DNA of 44,391 nucleotides, taken from positions 1-44,391 of the forward strand of contig CALMIC010000245.1 of the NCBI GenBank assembly GCA_937864065.1, in the 5' to 3' direction. The position numbers and the translations under genes are program-made. Under the pieces are notes generated by a model that searched no databases, was not told the origin of the DNA, and worked only from the letters and a program-made list of their open reading frames with translations. Below are positions 26,621 through 36,361 of this stretch, one piece after another; position 1 is the first letter of the stretch, and each line of letters begins with the position of its first letter. The stretch comes from an uncultured Cellvibrionales bacterium. GTDB taxonomy: Bacteria; Pseudomonadota; Gammaproteobacteria; Pseudomonadales; UBA7239.

Positions 26621-26746
26621 GGTGACCTCGGCTGCTGTCAGGGCAATCATTGTGGCAAATCCAGCCGGGGACTATAGCCAAATCCTCCACCCTGCTCCAC
26701 CGGAAATCGGTAAGATGGCCCGTACGTCGGGCTGAAGGAGAACCCC

Positions 26747-29700
26747 ATGCGCGAACTGTTCCGCATCCACGGCTTCACGCCCTATGTGGCGATGCTGTTC
26801 CTCAACGCCTTTGTCGACCTCGGCCACAAGATCGTCATCCAGAACACCGTGTTCAAGATCGAGGATGGCACCACGCAGAGCGCGCTGATCGCCGTCGTCA
26901 ACGCCCTGATCCTGCTGCCGTTCATCCTGCTGTTCTCGCCCGCCGGGCACATCGGCAACCGCTACCCGAAACCCCGCGTGATGCAGGTAGCCGCCTGGGC
27001 TGCTGTGGCCGTGACGCTGGCCATCACAGCCTGCTACGCCCTGGGCTGGTTCTGGGCCGCCTTTGCGCTGACGCTGGTGCTGGCCGGCAAGAGTGCGTTC
27101 TACTCGCCCGCCAAGTACGGCTACATCCGCGAGATTGCCGGCACCGACAACATTGCCGCCGGCAATGGCATCGTACAGGCCGCCACCACTATCGCAATCC
27201 TGTCCGGCATGTTCGTGTACTCCTTCCTGTTCGAGCGGCAGCTCGCCGCGCACGGTTCGCCGACGGAAGCCGCCGCGATGCTGCAACTGATGGTGCCGCT
27301 CGGCTGGCTGCTGGTAGCCAACAGCGTGGTGGAGCTCGTACTCGCCTATCGCCTGCCGCTCTGCGCGAGCGATGGCGGCACGGCTGAACATTTCTCGCTG
27401 CGCGACTACACGTGCGGCCATTACTTGCGCCGCAATATCGCGACGATCCGCGAACAGCGCGTGATCTGGCTGTCGATCGTCGGCCTGGCCACCTACTGGG
27501 GACTGGCCCAGGCGCTGATCGCCGTGTTCCCGACCTTTGCCGAGGAGCGCTTGCAGCAGCACAACACCGTCGCGATACAGGCGATGCTCGCGGCGACCGG
27601 CATCGGCATCATGCTCGGCTCACTCATCGCCGGGCGCGTGTCGCGCCACCATATCGAGACCGGCCTGATCCCCATCGGCGCAGTCGGTATTGCCGGCTGC
27701 CTCGGTATCCTGCCGACACTCGACAGCACCGTCTCTATCTCGCTGCTGATGTTGGCGATCGGCATTGCCGGTGGCCTGTTCGTCATCCCACTGAACTCGC
27801 TGATCCAGTACCAGGCAAGCGGCGACAGGATCGGCACCATACTCGCCGGCAACAACTGGGTACAGAATGTGACGATGCTCGCCTTCCTCGTCGTGACGGC
27901 CACGGCATCGTGGACCGGCCTCGACAGCGCCGGCATGTTCGTGCTGCTGACGCTGGTGGCCGTGATCGGCGCCGGTTATACCGTATCGCAGTTGCCGCAA
28001 TCGTTCGTGCGCATCCTGTTCAGCATCCTGTTCCGCGGCCTGTACCGCATCGATGTCAGCGGTTTCGACCGCATCCCGCGGCGCGGTGCCGTGCTGTTGC
28101 TCGGCAACCACATCAGCTGGATCGACTGGGCAATGGTACAGATCGCCTGCCCGCGCCCGATCCGTTTCGTCATGCAACGCGAGATCTACAACCTCTGGTT
28201 CCTCAAACCGTTTCTCAAGGCTTTCGGTGCGATCCCGATTGCCAGCGGCAACAGCAAGAGCGCGCTGCTCGAGATCAACCGCCTGCTGCAGAACGGCGAA
28301 GCGGTGTGCCTGTTCCCGGAAGGCGCGATCAGCCGCAACGGCCAGCTCGGCGAATTCCGTCACGGTTATGAACGCACGGTGACCGATGTGGATGGCAGCA
28401 TCGTGCCGTTCTACCTGCACGGCCTGTGGGGCAGCCGCCTGTCGCGCGCCAGCAGCAAGCTCGGCGAGAACCGCTCGCGCGGCCTCAAGCGCAACATCCT
28501 CGTCGCGTTTGGCGAGCCGCTGCCGATCGACACAAAGGCCGAACAGCTGAAACAGGCGGTGGCGGAATTGTCGATTGGCGCCTGGCAGCAACAGACTGAC
28601 TGGCTGGAGCCGATCCCGCTCGCCTGGCTGCGCACCGCCAAGCGCAATCTTGCCGCCACCAGTGTCATCGACAGCAGCGGCGCACGCTTCAGCCATTTCC
28701 GCCTGCTGGTCGCCGTGCTGTTGTTTGCCGGCCGTATCCGCCGCGCGCGTTCAGCACAGAATATCGGCTTGCTGTTGCCCACCACCAGTGCCGGCCTGAT
28801 CTGCAACATGGCCGCACTGCTGGCCGGCAAGACGGTGGTCAACCTCAACTACACGGCCAGCGCCGAAGCCATCGAAGCCGCACTCGCCAAGGCACAGATC
28901 ACGACCGTCTACACCTCGCGCCTGTTCGTGAAGAAACTGGAGCAGAAAGGTGTCAATGTCGAGCACATTTTCTACGACGTACAGCTCGTCTACCTCGAGG
29001 ACCTGAAAGCCGGCATCAACCAGCACGAGCTGGTCGTCACAACGCTCGCCGCGCTGCTGCCGGCGCGCTGGCTGTACCGGCTGTACGGCGCGCGGCTGAT
29101 CGGCAAGCAGCCAGCGCTCGACGATACCGCCGCCATCCTGTTCTCCAGTGGCAGTGAAGGCACACCGAAAGGCGTGATGCTGTCGCACCGCAATATCGTG
29201 GCGAACTGCCTGCAAGTCTCCGATGTGCTGAACACCCGCGCCGACGACGTGATTCTCGGCAGCCTGCCACTGTTCCATTCGTTCGGCCTGACTGTCACCG
29301 GCTTCATGCCGCTGCTGGAAGGCATCCCGGTGGTCTGCCATCCCGACCCGACCGACGTGCTCGCCACGGCAAAAGCAATCGCGCGCCACAAGGCCACCGT
29401 GCTGTGCGGCACGTCGACCTTCCTGCGGCTGTACGTGCGCAACCACAAGATCCACCCGCTGATGCTGCAGTCGCTGCGCATTGTCGTCGCCGGGGCGGAA
29501 AAACTGGCGCCGGATGTGCGCGATGCCTTCAAGCTCAAGTTCAACTGCGATATTTTTGAAGGCTATGGCGCCACGGAAACCACGCCAGTTGCCAGCGTCA
29601 ACATCCCCGACCAGCTCGACGACCGCTACTGGCATGTGCAGCGCGGCACCAAAGCAGGCACGGTTGGCCTGCCATTGCCAGGCACTGCGTTCCGCATCGT

Positions 29701-30235
29701 CGACCCTGCCACATTGCAAACACTGCCGACCGGCGAGGACGGGCTGATCCTCATCGCCGGCACGCAGGTGATGCTGGGCTACCTCGGCGACCCGGAGAAA
29801 ACCGCCAGTGTCATCGTCGAGCTCGACGGCCAGCGCTGGTACAAGACCGGCGACAAGGGCCACCTTGATGCGGACGGCTTCCTCACCATCGTCGACCGCT
29901 ATTCGCGCTTTGCGAAAATCGGCGGCGAGATGATCTCGCTCGCAGCCGTCGAGGAAGCTGTGCAGCGCGTGCTGGCCGCCAACAGCAGCACGCCGGACTA
30001 CGCCACCGAAGTGCTGGCCGTGAACGTGCCGGACGAGAAAAAGGGCGAGAAGATCGTGCTGCTGTATGCCGCCAATATCGACGAGGACGAATTGCGCCGC
30101 ATGATGCTCGCCTCCGACACACTCGCACTGATGATGCCGGCCGAGTACGTGCAGCTGCCGGCCATCCCGAAACTCGGCAGCGGCAAGACCGATGGCGTTA
30201 CCGCCCGGAAGCTGGCGCTGGAGGCTATCGAGTGA
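26747..30235 (+). CDS. aas: Triple fusion: LplT-like MFS lysophospholipid transporter + PlsC-type acyltransferase + acyl-ACP synthetase (LplT-Aas)
   Basis: 1162 aa. The N-terminal roughly 400 aa form a 12-TM MFS. Next comes the acyltransferase HX4D block (LLGNHISWIDW, FPEGAISRNG), then the AMP-binding domain (FSSGSEGTPKGV, GYGATE, GDKG..DADGF). GAAGGAG is the RBS. Confidence 0.85.
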   Translation: MRELFRIHGFTPYVAMLFLNAFVDLGHKIVIQNTVFKIEDGTTQSALIAVVNALILLPFILLFSPAGHIGNRYPKPRVMQVAAWAAVAVTLAITACYALGWFWAAFALTLVLAGKSAFYSPAKYGYIREIAGTDNIAAGNGIVQAATTIAILSGMFVYSFLFERQLAAHGSPTEAAAMLQLMVPLGWLLVANSVVELVLAYRLPLCASDGGTAEHFSLRDYTCGHYLRRNIATIREQRVIWLSIVGLATYWGLAQALIAVFPTFAEERLQQHNTVAIQAMLAATGIGIMLGSLIAGRVSRHHIETGLIPIGAVGIAGCLGILPTLDSTVSISLLMLAIGIAGGLFVIPLNSLIQYQASGDRIGTILAGNNWVQNVTMLAFLVVTATASWTGLDSAGMFVLLTLVAVIGAGYTVSQLPQSFVRILFSILFRGLYRIDVSGFDRIPRRGAVLLLGNHISWIDWAMVQIACPRPIRFVMQREIYNLWFLKPFLKAFGAIPIASGNSKSALLEINRLLQNGEAVCLFPEGAISRNGQLGEFRHGYERTVTDVDGSIVPFYLHGLWGSRLSRASSKLGENRSRGLKRNILVAFGEPLPIDTKAEQLKQAVAELSIGAWQQQTDWLEPIPLAWLRTAKRNLAATSVIDSSGARFSHFRLLVAVLLFAGRIRRARSAQNIGLLLPTTSAGLICNMAALLAGKTVVNLNYTASAEAIEAALAKAQITTVYTSRLFVKKLEQKGVNVEHIFYDVQLVYLEDLKAGINQHELVVTTLAALLPARWLYRLYGARLIGKQPALDDTAAILFSSGSEGTPKGVMLSHRNIVANCLQVSDVLNTRADDVILGSLPLFHSFGLTVTGFMPLLEGIPVVCHPDPTDVLATAKAIARHKATVLCGTSTFLRLYVRNHKIHPLMLQSLRIVVAGAEKLAPDVRDAFKLKFNCDIFEGYGATETTPVASVNIPDQLDDRYWHVQRGTKAGTVGLPLPGTAFRIVDPATLQTLPTGEDGLILIAGTQVMLGYLGDPEKTASVIVELDGQRWYKTGDKGHLDADGFLTIVDRYSRFAKIGGEMISLAAVEEAVQRVLAANSSTPDYATEVLAVNVPDEKKGEKIVLLYAANIDEDELRRMMLASDTLALMMPAEYVQLPAIPKLGSGKTDGVTARKLALEAIE

Positions 30236-30830
30236 AAGCGGCGTAGGCAGCGCGCACACCGGTCTCGATCAGCTTGCCATCGTCGTAGCGGAAGAAATGG
30301 CGGAAATTCCGCTCGCGCTGTGCCGCCGTGAGCGGCCGGCCAAAGGCGCGGAAACGGCAGTCAAGCACATCGATCAGCCCAAAACCGCCATCCGGGCACA
30401 GCACGACATTGCCGGGATGCAATGAGCGGAAATAGATACCCTTGCGGTGCAACTGCGCGATATAGGCGCCGAGCTGCGCGACCAGTTGCTCGCTGAAACG
30501 GCCCTGCTGCAACAGGCTGCGTACGGTATCGCCGGCCAGCGGCGCATAGCGCACGGCCCAGCGCTGCAAGTGCGGGATGCGATACAAACCCTGTGGCAGC
30601 AGTGTGGCAATCCCCAGCGCACGCAACTTGTCCGCGTTGCGGCAAAAACGCACGGCCGGGTTGCGCAAGCGGGCGAGGCTGGCGCGGCGCTTGATGCGGA
30701 AGATCTTGATGTAGTCGCCATTTGCACAGCGCAGCACTTTCGGGCCAAAGCTGTCCTGCTCAACCAGCTCACAAGCGCCCAGCCACTGCTGCCAGCCCGC
30801 CGCATCCAGCGTTTGCCACGCCAACTTCAT
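30225..30830 (-). CDS. Small protein-kinase-like-fold protein (Kdo/WaaP/InaA or APH-like lipid/sugar kinase family)
   Basis: 201 aa. LHRKGIYFRSLHPGNVVL...GLIDVLD resembles the catalytic and Mg-binding loops of the PKL fold. Its ATG overlaps the ybaL stop (TGATG). The family call is tentative. Confidence 0.55.
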   Translation of the reverse strand: MKLAWQTLDAAGWQQWLGACELVEQDSFGPKVLRCANGDYIKIFRIKRRASLARLRNPAVRFCRNADKLRALGIATLLPQGLYRIPHLQRWAVRYAPLAGDTVRSLLQQGRFSEQLVAQLGAYIAQLHRKGIYFRSLHPGNVVLCPDGGFGLIDVLDCRFRAFGRPLTAAQRERNFRHFFRYDDGKLIETGVRAAYAAFTR

Positions 30831-32536
30831 CAGTGCTGACCTGTGAGGTGGCGATGCAGCTGGATATCGATATCACTGATCATCGCGTTGGCCAGTTCCT
30901 GCTCACCATAGAACACCCCGCCAAAATTCTCGCTCTGCAGCAACTCGGCTTCCTCGTCGCTGTGCACGCGCGCAATCGAACCGATATCCGGGTTCAGCAG
31001 CCGCGCAATCGCCAGCATGCGGCTGGCACGCGCTGCATCCGGCATCGCCACAATCAGCAGCGCCGCGCGGGCGATATGCGCCTGGATCAGCACTTCCGGT
31101 TCCTGTGCGTCACCGGCCACAGCCGGCAAGCCTTTGCCGCGCAGCGTTTCGACGAAATCGCGGTTTTCCTCGACGATGACATAACGCAGGCCGCGGTCGC
31201 GCAGAGCACGGGCAATGCGGCGGCCCACGCGTCCGTAGCCGACCAGCACGACATGGTTCGTCAATTCCTCGGACGAAAACGTCATCGGCAGCACGGCGAG
31301 CGGATCATCGGTCTGTTCCAGGAAACGCGCCAGCCGCGAGCGAGAACGGATCCAGCGCTGCAACGGCTCCACTGCATGGAACACCAGCGGGTTCAGCGAG
31401 ATGGACAACAGCGAACCGGCCAGGATCAGGTTCAGCCCTTCCTGCGGCAACAGGCCGAGACTGACACCGAGACCGGCCAGGATGAACGAGAATTCGCCGA
31501 TCTGCGCCAGGCCCACCGATACTGTCAGGGCGGTATTCAGCGGGTAGCCAAAAACCTTGACCAGTGTGAAAGCGAGCATCGACTTGCCGAGCATGATGAT
31601 GGCGAGCACCGCGAGCACACGCAGCGGGCTATCGAGCAACACATGCGGGTCGAACAGCATGCCAACCGAGACAAAGAACAACACCGAAAACGCATCGCGC
31701 AGCGGCAGCGATTCCTGCGCCGCGCGATAGCTCAGGCTCGATTCGCGCATCACGATACCGGCAAAGAATGCACCGAGGGCGAGCGACACCCCGAACAGCG
31801 CCGACGAACCATAGGCAATGCCGATCGCGGCCGCAATGACACACAGCGTGAACAGCTCACGCGAGCCGGTATGCGCGACCTGCCACAATAGCGCCGGGAA
31901 CAGGCGGCGGCCTATGACCATCATCAACGCAATAAAACCGGCTACCTTGAGCATGGTCAGCAGCAGGGCTTTCGCCAGCGAAGCCCCATCACCACCGCTG
32001 CCATTGCCGCCGAGCACACCGGCCAGCGGCGGCAACAGCACCAGCACCAGCACCATGGCCAGGTCTTCCACAATCAGCCAGCCGACCGCGATATGCCCGT
32101 TCATCGCCTGCAGCTGGCCGGCTTTCTCCATCGCTTTCACCAGCACCACGGTGCTGGCCACCGACAGGCAGAGGCCGAACACCAGCGCGCCGCCCAACGG
32201 CCAGCCCCACAGGGTGGCGAGGCCGGCACCCAGCGCCGTGACCAGCGGGATCTCGATCATGGCACCGGGCAGCGCAATGCGGCGCACCGCAAACAGGTCT
32301 TCCAGCGAGAAATGCAGGCCGACACCGAACATCAGCAGGATGACGCCGATCTCGGCCAGCTGCTTGGACAAGGCCACATCGGCCACAAACCCCGGCGACG
32401 CCGGCCCGATGATAATGCCCGCCACCAGGTAGCCCACCAGTACCGGCAAGCGCAGGCGGGCCGCGACAAAGCCGAGCACCAGCGCGAGGCCGAAACTGGC
32501 GGCAATGGTGACAATCAGGGAAGGTTCGTGTGACAC
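30830..32536 (-). CDS. ybaL: CPA2 monovalent cation:proton antiporter with C-terminal TrkA-N/RCK domain (YbaL type)
   Basis: 568 aa, strongly collinear with E. coli YbaL (GVILLMFGVGLHFSL.DL, IAVGWLIVEDL, LRDAFSVLFFVSVGMLFDP, LVGYGRVG). Confidence 0.9.
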   Translation of the reverse strand: MSHEPSLIVTIAASFGLALVLGFVAARLRLPVLVGYLVAGIIIGPASPGFVADVALSKQLAEIGVILLMFGVGLHFSLEDLFAVRRIALPGAMIEIPLVTALGAGLATLWGWPLGGALVFGLCLSVASTVVLVKAMEKAGQLQAMNGHIAVGWLIVEDLAMVLVLVLLPPLAGVLGGNGSGGDGASLAKALLLTMLKVAGFIALMMVIGRRLFPALLWQVAHTGSRELFTLCVIAAAIGIAYGSSALFGVSLALGAFFAGIVMRESSLSYRAAQESLPLRDAFSVLFFVSVGMLFDPHVLLDSPLRVLAVLAIIMLGKSMLAFTLVKVFGYPLNTALTVSVGLAQIGEFSFILAGLGVSLGLLPQEGLNLILAGSLLSISLNPLVFHAVEPLQRWIRSRSRLARFLEQTDDPLAVLPMTFSSEELTNHVVLVGYGRVGRRIARALRDRGLRYVIVEENRDFVETLRGKGLPAVAGDAQEPEVLIQAHIARAALLIVAMPDAARASRMLAIARLLNPDIGSIARVHSDEEAELLQSENFGGVFYGEQELANAMISDIDIQLHRHLTGQH

Positions 32537-32606
32537 GCGGGACAGCTCGGCAACGGTGTGGTCGGTTTATTGTGCCGGCTGCGCGGCGCGGATGAAACTG
32601 CGGCTG

Positions 32607-34211
32607 TCACTCGATCGCCGCCGCTTGCAGGGCATAGCTTTTCATGCGCTGGTCCTCAAAACCGGCGAAATGGCGCGGTGTTTCCAGCAGCACCTCGACG
32701 GCCGGGTATTGCGCCAGCAGGGTCTGCGGCACCACCAGTTGCAGGCGCTCGGCCTGGCCGGCGCGATCGGCCGCAATCACCGGCTCGGCGAGGCGCTGGC
32801 CGTTGACACTGATGGCCAGCGGCAATGGATACAGCGCGGCCCGCGCAGGCAGCTGCAGGTCCAGGGTCAGCGTCGCATCGCGGTCGCCATCAGGTTTCTG
32901 CAACAGGAAGCCGGCCCGCACGGAGGCCCACGGCGCCTGCCCGGCCGGCAGCTGGCCTTCCGTTTCCGGGAAGATGCCACCCAGCAGGGCCGGCAACTGT
33001 TCGGTATCGAGCTGGCGGAAATCGATGGCCGGTCGCAGGTGCTCGCTAATGAACCGCTGCTGTTCCGCGGCCAGCACTGCCGCATCCACTGGCGGGTTCA
33101 GCCCACCGGGATGCCGGCGTGGATCATCCGGCCATTGCGCCGGCGCGAGCGGAACCCAGCCGAGTTCCGCCAGGGTACGAATGTAGTGCACGGCCAGCAA
33201 CCAGTGACCGGCGCGGCTCGGGTGGCCGTCATGCGGCAGGCGGGTGTCCTTGCCTGCGAGATAGCCCGTCAGCAGGTACGGCGCTCCGCTGGAGGCTGCA
33301 TGCTGCTGGAACAACTGCATGAAAAAGCCGGCATGGCGCGCTGGCAACTCGATGGCCGAGAGCAGCAAATGGCCACCGCGGGCACGCTGGAGTTCGCCCA
33401 GCCGGCCGACAGGCTCGAAGCCCTGCCGCCAGTAAGCCCGGCAGGTAGGGCAGAGGTCCGTGGTCAGGGCCGAGTAGAGACCGCCGCCAAATGGCAGCCC
33501 GGCCGTGTTGCTGAATACACCGCTGCCGACTTCGCGCCGGTCCGAGGCCCAGGCACTGGTCAAGCTGCCATCCTCGGTGACGCCACTGCTGTCGGTGATG
33601 TCGTTCTGGCAGCTGGTCATGATGATGACGTCAGGTGCATAGTCATCAATGCGCGCGGCGAGGTAGCTCGCCTCCTGCCGCATGGTCCAGCTTGGCAGGC
33701 CCACAGCCAGCGCCTCGATGCGACGACTACCCACGGTGACCTGCTGCTCGCGGTAGAAATCCTCGATCTGCTGGCAGAAACGGTCCTGTTCCGGTCCACC
33801 GGTGCCAAACACGAACGAATCACCCAGGCAGACTATGCGGAACACATCCGCCGGTTTCGGGCCATAGGGCCGGCTACTGCGCAGCCCGGCGTTGTTGGTG
33901 ACGACCAGCGCCTCCTTCTCTACCACCTGCACGCCGCTGCGGGCGATGCGCCCGACCGCCGGGTCCGGCACCACGCGGAACCAGCCGGTCGCGATGCTGG
34001 CCACACTGCTGCGGATGCGTTCCCTTTCCCCGGCCGGCAGGTGGGTGGCGACCCAGGCGACCAGCTCCGGCCGCAGGGTGTCTGCCAACTGGCGCCACAA
34101 GGGGGGCAAGAGCAGGTACAGCACCAGGACGGGTACTGCCAGCAGCAAGCCCCAGAACAGCAATGTCTTTTTCCAGCCCGCTCCCGGTTCCATGCCCGAC
34201 ATCGCCCTCAC
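32607..34211 (-). CDS. Membrane-anchored SGNH/GDSL-family hydrolase or acyl-esterase with an uncharacterised C-terminal domain
   Basis: 534 aa with one N-terminal TM helix (LLFWGLLLAVPVLVLYLLL) and block I FRIVCLGDSFVFGTG. The C-terminal roughly 250 aa match no family I recognise. Confidence 0.6.
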   Translation of the reverse strand: MRAMSGMEPGAGWKKTLLFWGLLLAVPVLVLYLLLPPLWRQLADTLRPELVAWVATHLPAGERERIRSSVASIATGWFRVVPDPAVGRIARSGVQVVEKEALVVTNNAGLRSSRPYGPKPADVFRIVCLGDSFVFGTGGPEQDRFCQQIEDFYREQQVTVGSRRIEALAVGLPSWTMRQEASYLAARIDDYAPDVIIMTSCQNDITDSSGVTEDGSLTSAWASDRREVGSGVFSNTAGLPFGGGLYSALTTDLCPTCRAYWRQGFEPVGRLGELQRARGGHLLLSAIELPARHAGFFMQLFQQHAASSGAPYLLTGYLAGKDTRLPHDGHPSRAGHWLLAVHYIRTLAELGWVPLAPAQWPDDPRRHPGGLNPPVDAAVLAAEQQRFISEHLRPAIDFRQLDTEQLPALLGGIFPETEGQLPAGQAPWASVRAGFLLQKPDGDRDATLTLDLQLPARAALYPLPLAISVNGQRLAEPVIAADRAGQAERLQLVVPQTLLAQYPAVEVLLETPRHFAGFEDQRMKSYALQAAAIE

Positions 34212-34337
34212 ACCGTTACCTGTTCCGCCATCGGGGCATTGTGGCCAATGCGTCCCCCTGTGGCTATACGCAGTGGCAGAAAGCCCCCCCGCTCATTACC
34301 ATAGCGCCCTTGATTTTTGCCGACTTTTTGACCAGCC

Positions 34338-35633
34338 GTGACCGCCCCAGCCGCCATCGACACGCCAGCCCCACGCCCTGCGCCGCGCCCGCTGCGCATT
34401 GCACTGCTGGGCTACCGCAGCCACCCCTACGGCGGCGGGCAAGGCATCTACATCAAGTACCTGAGCAAGGCTCTGGTCAACGCCGGCCACCAGGTCGATG
34501 TGATTTCCGGGCCGCCCTACCCGCAACTCGACCCGCGCGTGCGCCTGATCCAGGTGCCGAGCCTGAACCTGTTCGAGAGCAAGGTGCACCACGCCTTCGC
34601 GCTGCGCCCGCAGCACCTGCTGTCCTGGGCCGACTTCATGGAGTGGTGGAGCATGCTGACCGGCGGTTTCGCCGAGGCCTACAGCTTTGGCCGGCGGGTG
34701 CGCAAGCTCCTGCGCGACCAGCGCGACCGCTACGACATCATCCACGACAACCAGAGCCTCTGCTATGGCCTGCTGGACCTGCAGCGGCAGGGCTTCCCGG
34801 TGGTGGCTACCTTCCACCACCCGATCACGCACGACCTGCGCATAGCCCTGAAGGCGGAGCCGCGCTGGTACATGCGCCTGCTGATCCGCCGCTGGCACTC
34901 GTTCCTGCACATGCAGAAGAAAGTGGTGAGGGACCTCGACCATATCGTCACCGTCTCGGCCCACTCGCGCCGCGACATCGCGCGCGATTTCCCGGTCAGC
35001 GAGAACGACATCGACCTGATCCATTGCGGCATCGACACCGAGGAATTCCGCCCGCTGCCGGACGTGGCCAAGATCCCGTTCCGCATCATGTGTACGGCTT
35101 CGGCCGACCAGCCGCTGAAAGGACTCAAGTATTTGCTGAAAGCCGTCGCCAGCCTGCGCACGCGCTACCCGCAACTGTCCTTGCTCGTTGTCGGCAAGCC
35201 GAAACCCGGCGGCTACACCGAGGGGCTGGTGCAACGCCTCGGCATCGGCGACATCGTGCAGTTCGTGTCGGGCATTTCCACCGAGCAACTCGTGCGCCAT
35301 TACAACGAAGCCGAGATCGTCGTCTGCCCGTCGCTGTACGAAGGCTTCGGCCTGCCGGCGGGTGAAGCGATGTCGTGCGGCACGGCAGTGATCTCGTCCG
35401 ACGGCGGCGCCTTGCCGGAAGTCGTTGGTGACGCGGGGCTGGTGGTGAAAGCCGGCAGCGAACAGGCGATTACCGATGCCATCGCCGACCTGTTCGACCA
35501 CCCGGAAAAGCGCGCGCAACTGGCGCAGGCCGGCCGCACGCGCATCGAGAACACGTTCTGCTGGAACCTCGCCGCACAACAGTTCACCCACTACTACTAC
35601 CGCATGCTGGGTAAGGAACAGGCAGCCGCATGA
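34338..35633 (+). CDS. Glycosyltransferase, GT4 (GT-B fold) family
   Basis: 431 aa with a GTG start. N-terminus LRIALLGYRSHPYGGGQGIY. C-terminal EX7E region (PSLYEGFGLPAGEAMSCGTAVISSDGGALPEVV). Confidence 0.85.
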   Translation: MTAPAAIDTPAPRPAPRPLRIALLGYRSHPYGGGQGIYIKYLSKALVNAGHQVDVISGPPYPQLDPRVRLIQVPSLNLFESKVHHAFALRPQHLLSWADFMEWWSMLTGGFAEAYSFGRRVRKLLRDQRDRYDIIHDNQSLCYGLLDLQRQGFPVVATFHHPITHDLRIALKAEPRWYMRLLIRRWHSFLHMQKKVVRDLDHIVTVSAHSRRDIARDFPVSENDIDLIHCGIDTEEFRPLPDVAKIPFRIMCTASADQPLKGLKYLLKAVASLRTRYPQLSLLVVGKPKPGGYTEGLVQRLGIGDIVQFVSGISTEQLVRHYNEAEIVVCPSLYEGFGLPAGEAMSCGTAVISSDGGALPEVVGDAGLVVKAGSEQAITDAIADLFDHPEKRAQLAQAGRTRIENTFCWNLAAQQFTHYYYRMLGKEQAAA

Positions 35634-36361
35634 TCACTGTCGATTTCGCAACGCTGGCACTGCGCAGCGGTGACAAGGTGCTGGACCTCGGCTGCGGCGA
35701 GGGTCGCCATGTCATCGGTTTCTATGTCGAGGCCGACGTGCACGCGATCGGCGTTGACCTGGGCTTCCACGACCTGCAGACCAGCGCGAAAAAGTTCGAG
35801 CCTTTCCGCGACGCGCAGAACCCGCGCAAGGCATTCCATCTCGCCTGCAGCAATGCCCTGAAGTTGCCGTTTGCCGATGGCAGCTTCGACAAGGTGGTTT
35901 GCTCCGAAGTGCTGGAACATATTCCCGACTACCACGGCGCGCTGCGCGAGATCGCGCGCATCCTGAAACCGGGCGGGGTCGCTGCCATCAGCGTGCCGCG
36001 CTACGTGCCGGAGTGGATCTGCTGGGCCTTGTCGGATGAATACCACAGCAACGAAGGCGGACACCTGCGCATCTTCAAGGAGCATGCATTGCGCCGCGAG
36101 ATCGAGGCCACCGGCCTGAATTTCATCCGCCGCCACTGGGCGCATGCCCTGCACAGCGTTTACTGGTGGCTGCAATGCGCGTTCTGGCAAACGAAAGAGC
36201 GCAACTGGCTGGTGCAGCAATGGCACAAGCTGCTGGTGTGGGACATGATGGAACAGCCGCTGCTGACCAACACGCTGGAACGGATGCTGAACCCGCTGAT
36301 CGGCAAGAGCGTCGTGCTGTATTTCTACAAGCCGAGTGAACAGACAGGACAGACTGCATGA
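35630..36361 (+). CDS. Class I SAM-dependent methyltransferase
   Basis: 243 aa with motif I VLDLGCGEGRH, an acidic loop, and post-I FDKVVCSEVLEHI. The start overlaps the GT4 stop (ATGA). Confidence 0.85.
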   Translation: MITVDFATLALRSGDKVLDLGCGEGRHVIGFYVEADVHAIGVDLGFHDLQTSAKKFEPFRDAQNPRKAFHLACSNALKLPFADGSFDKVVCSEVLEHIPDYHGALREIARILKPGGVAAISVPRYVPEWICWALSDEYHSNEGGHLRIFKEHALRREIEATGLNFIRRHWAHALHSVYWWLQCAFWQTKERNWLVQQWHKLLVWDMMEQPLLTNTLERMLNPLIGKSVVLYFYKPSEQTGQTA

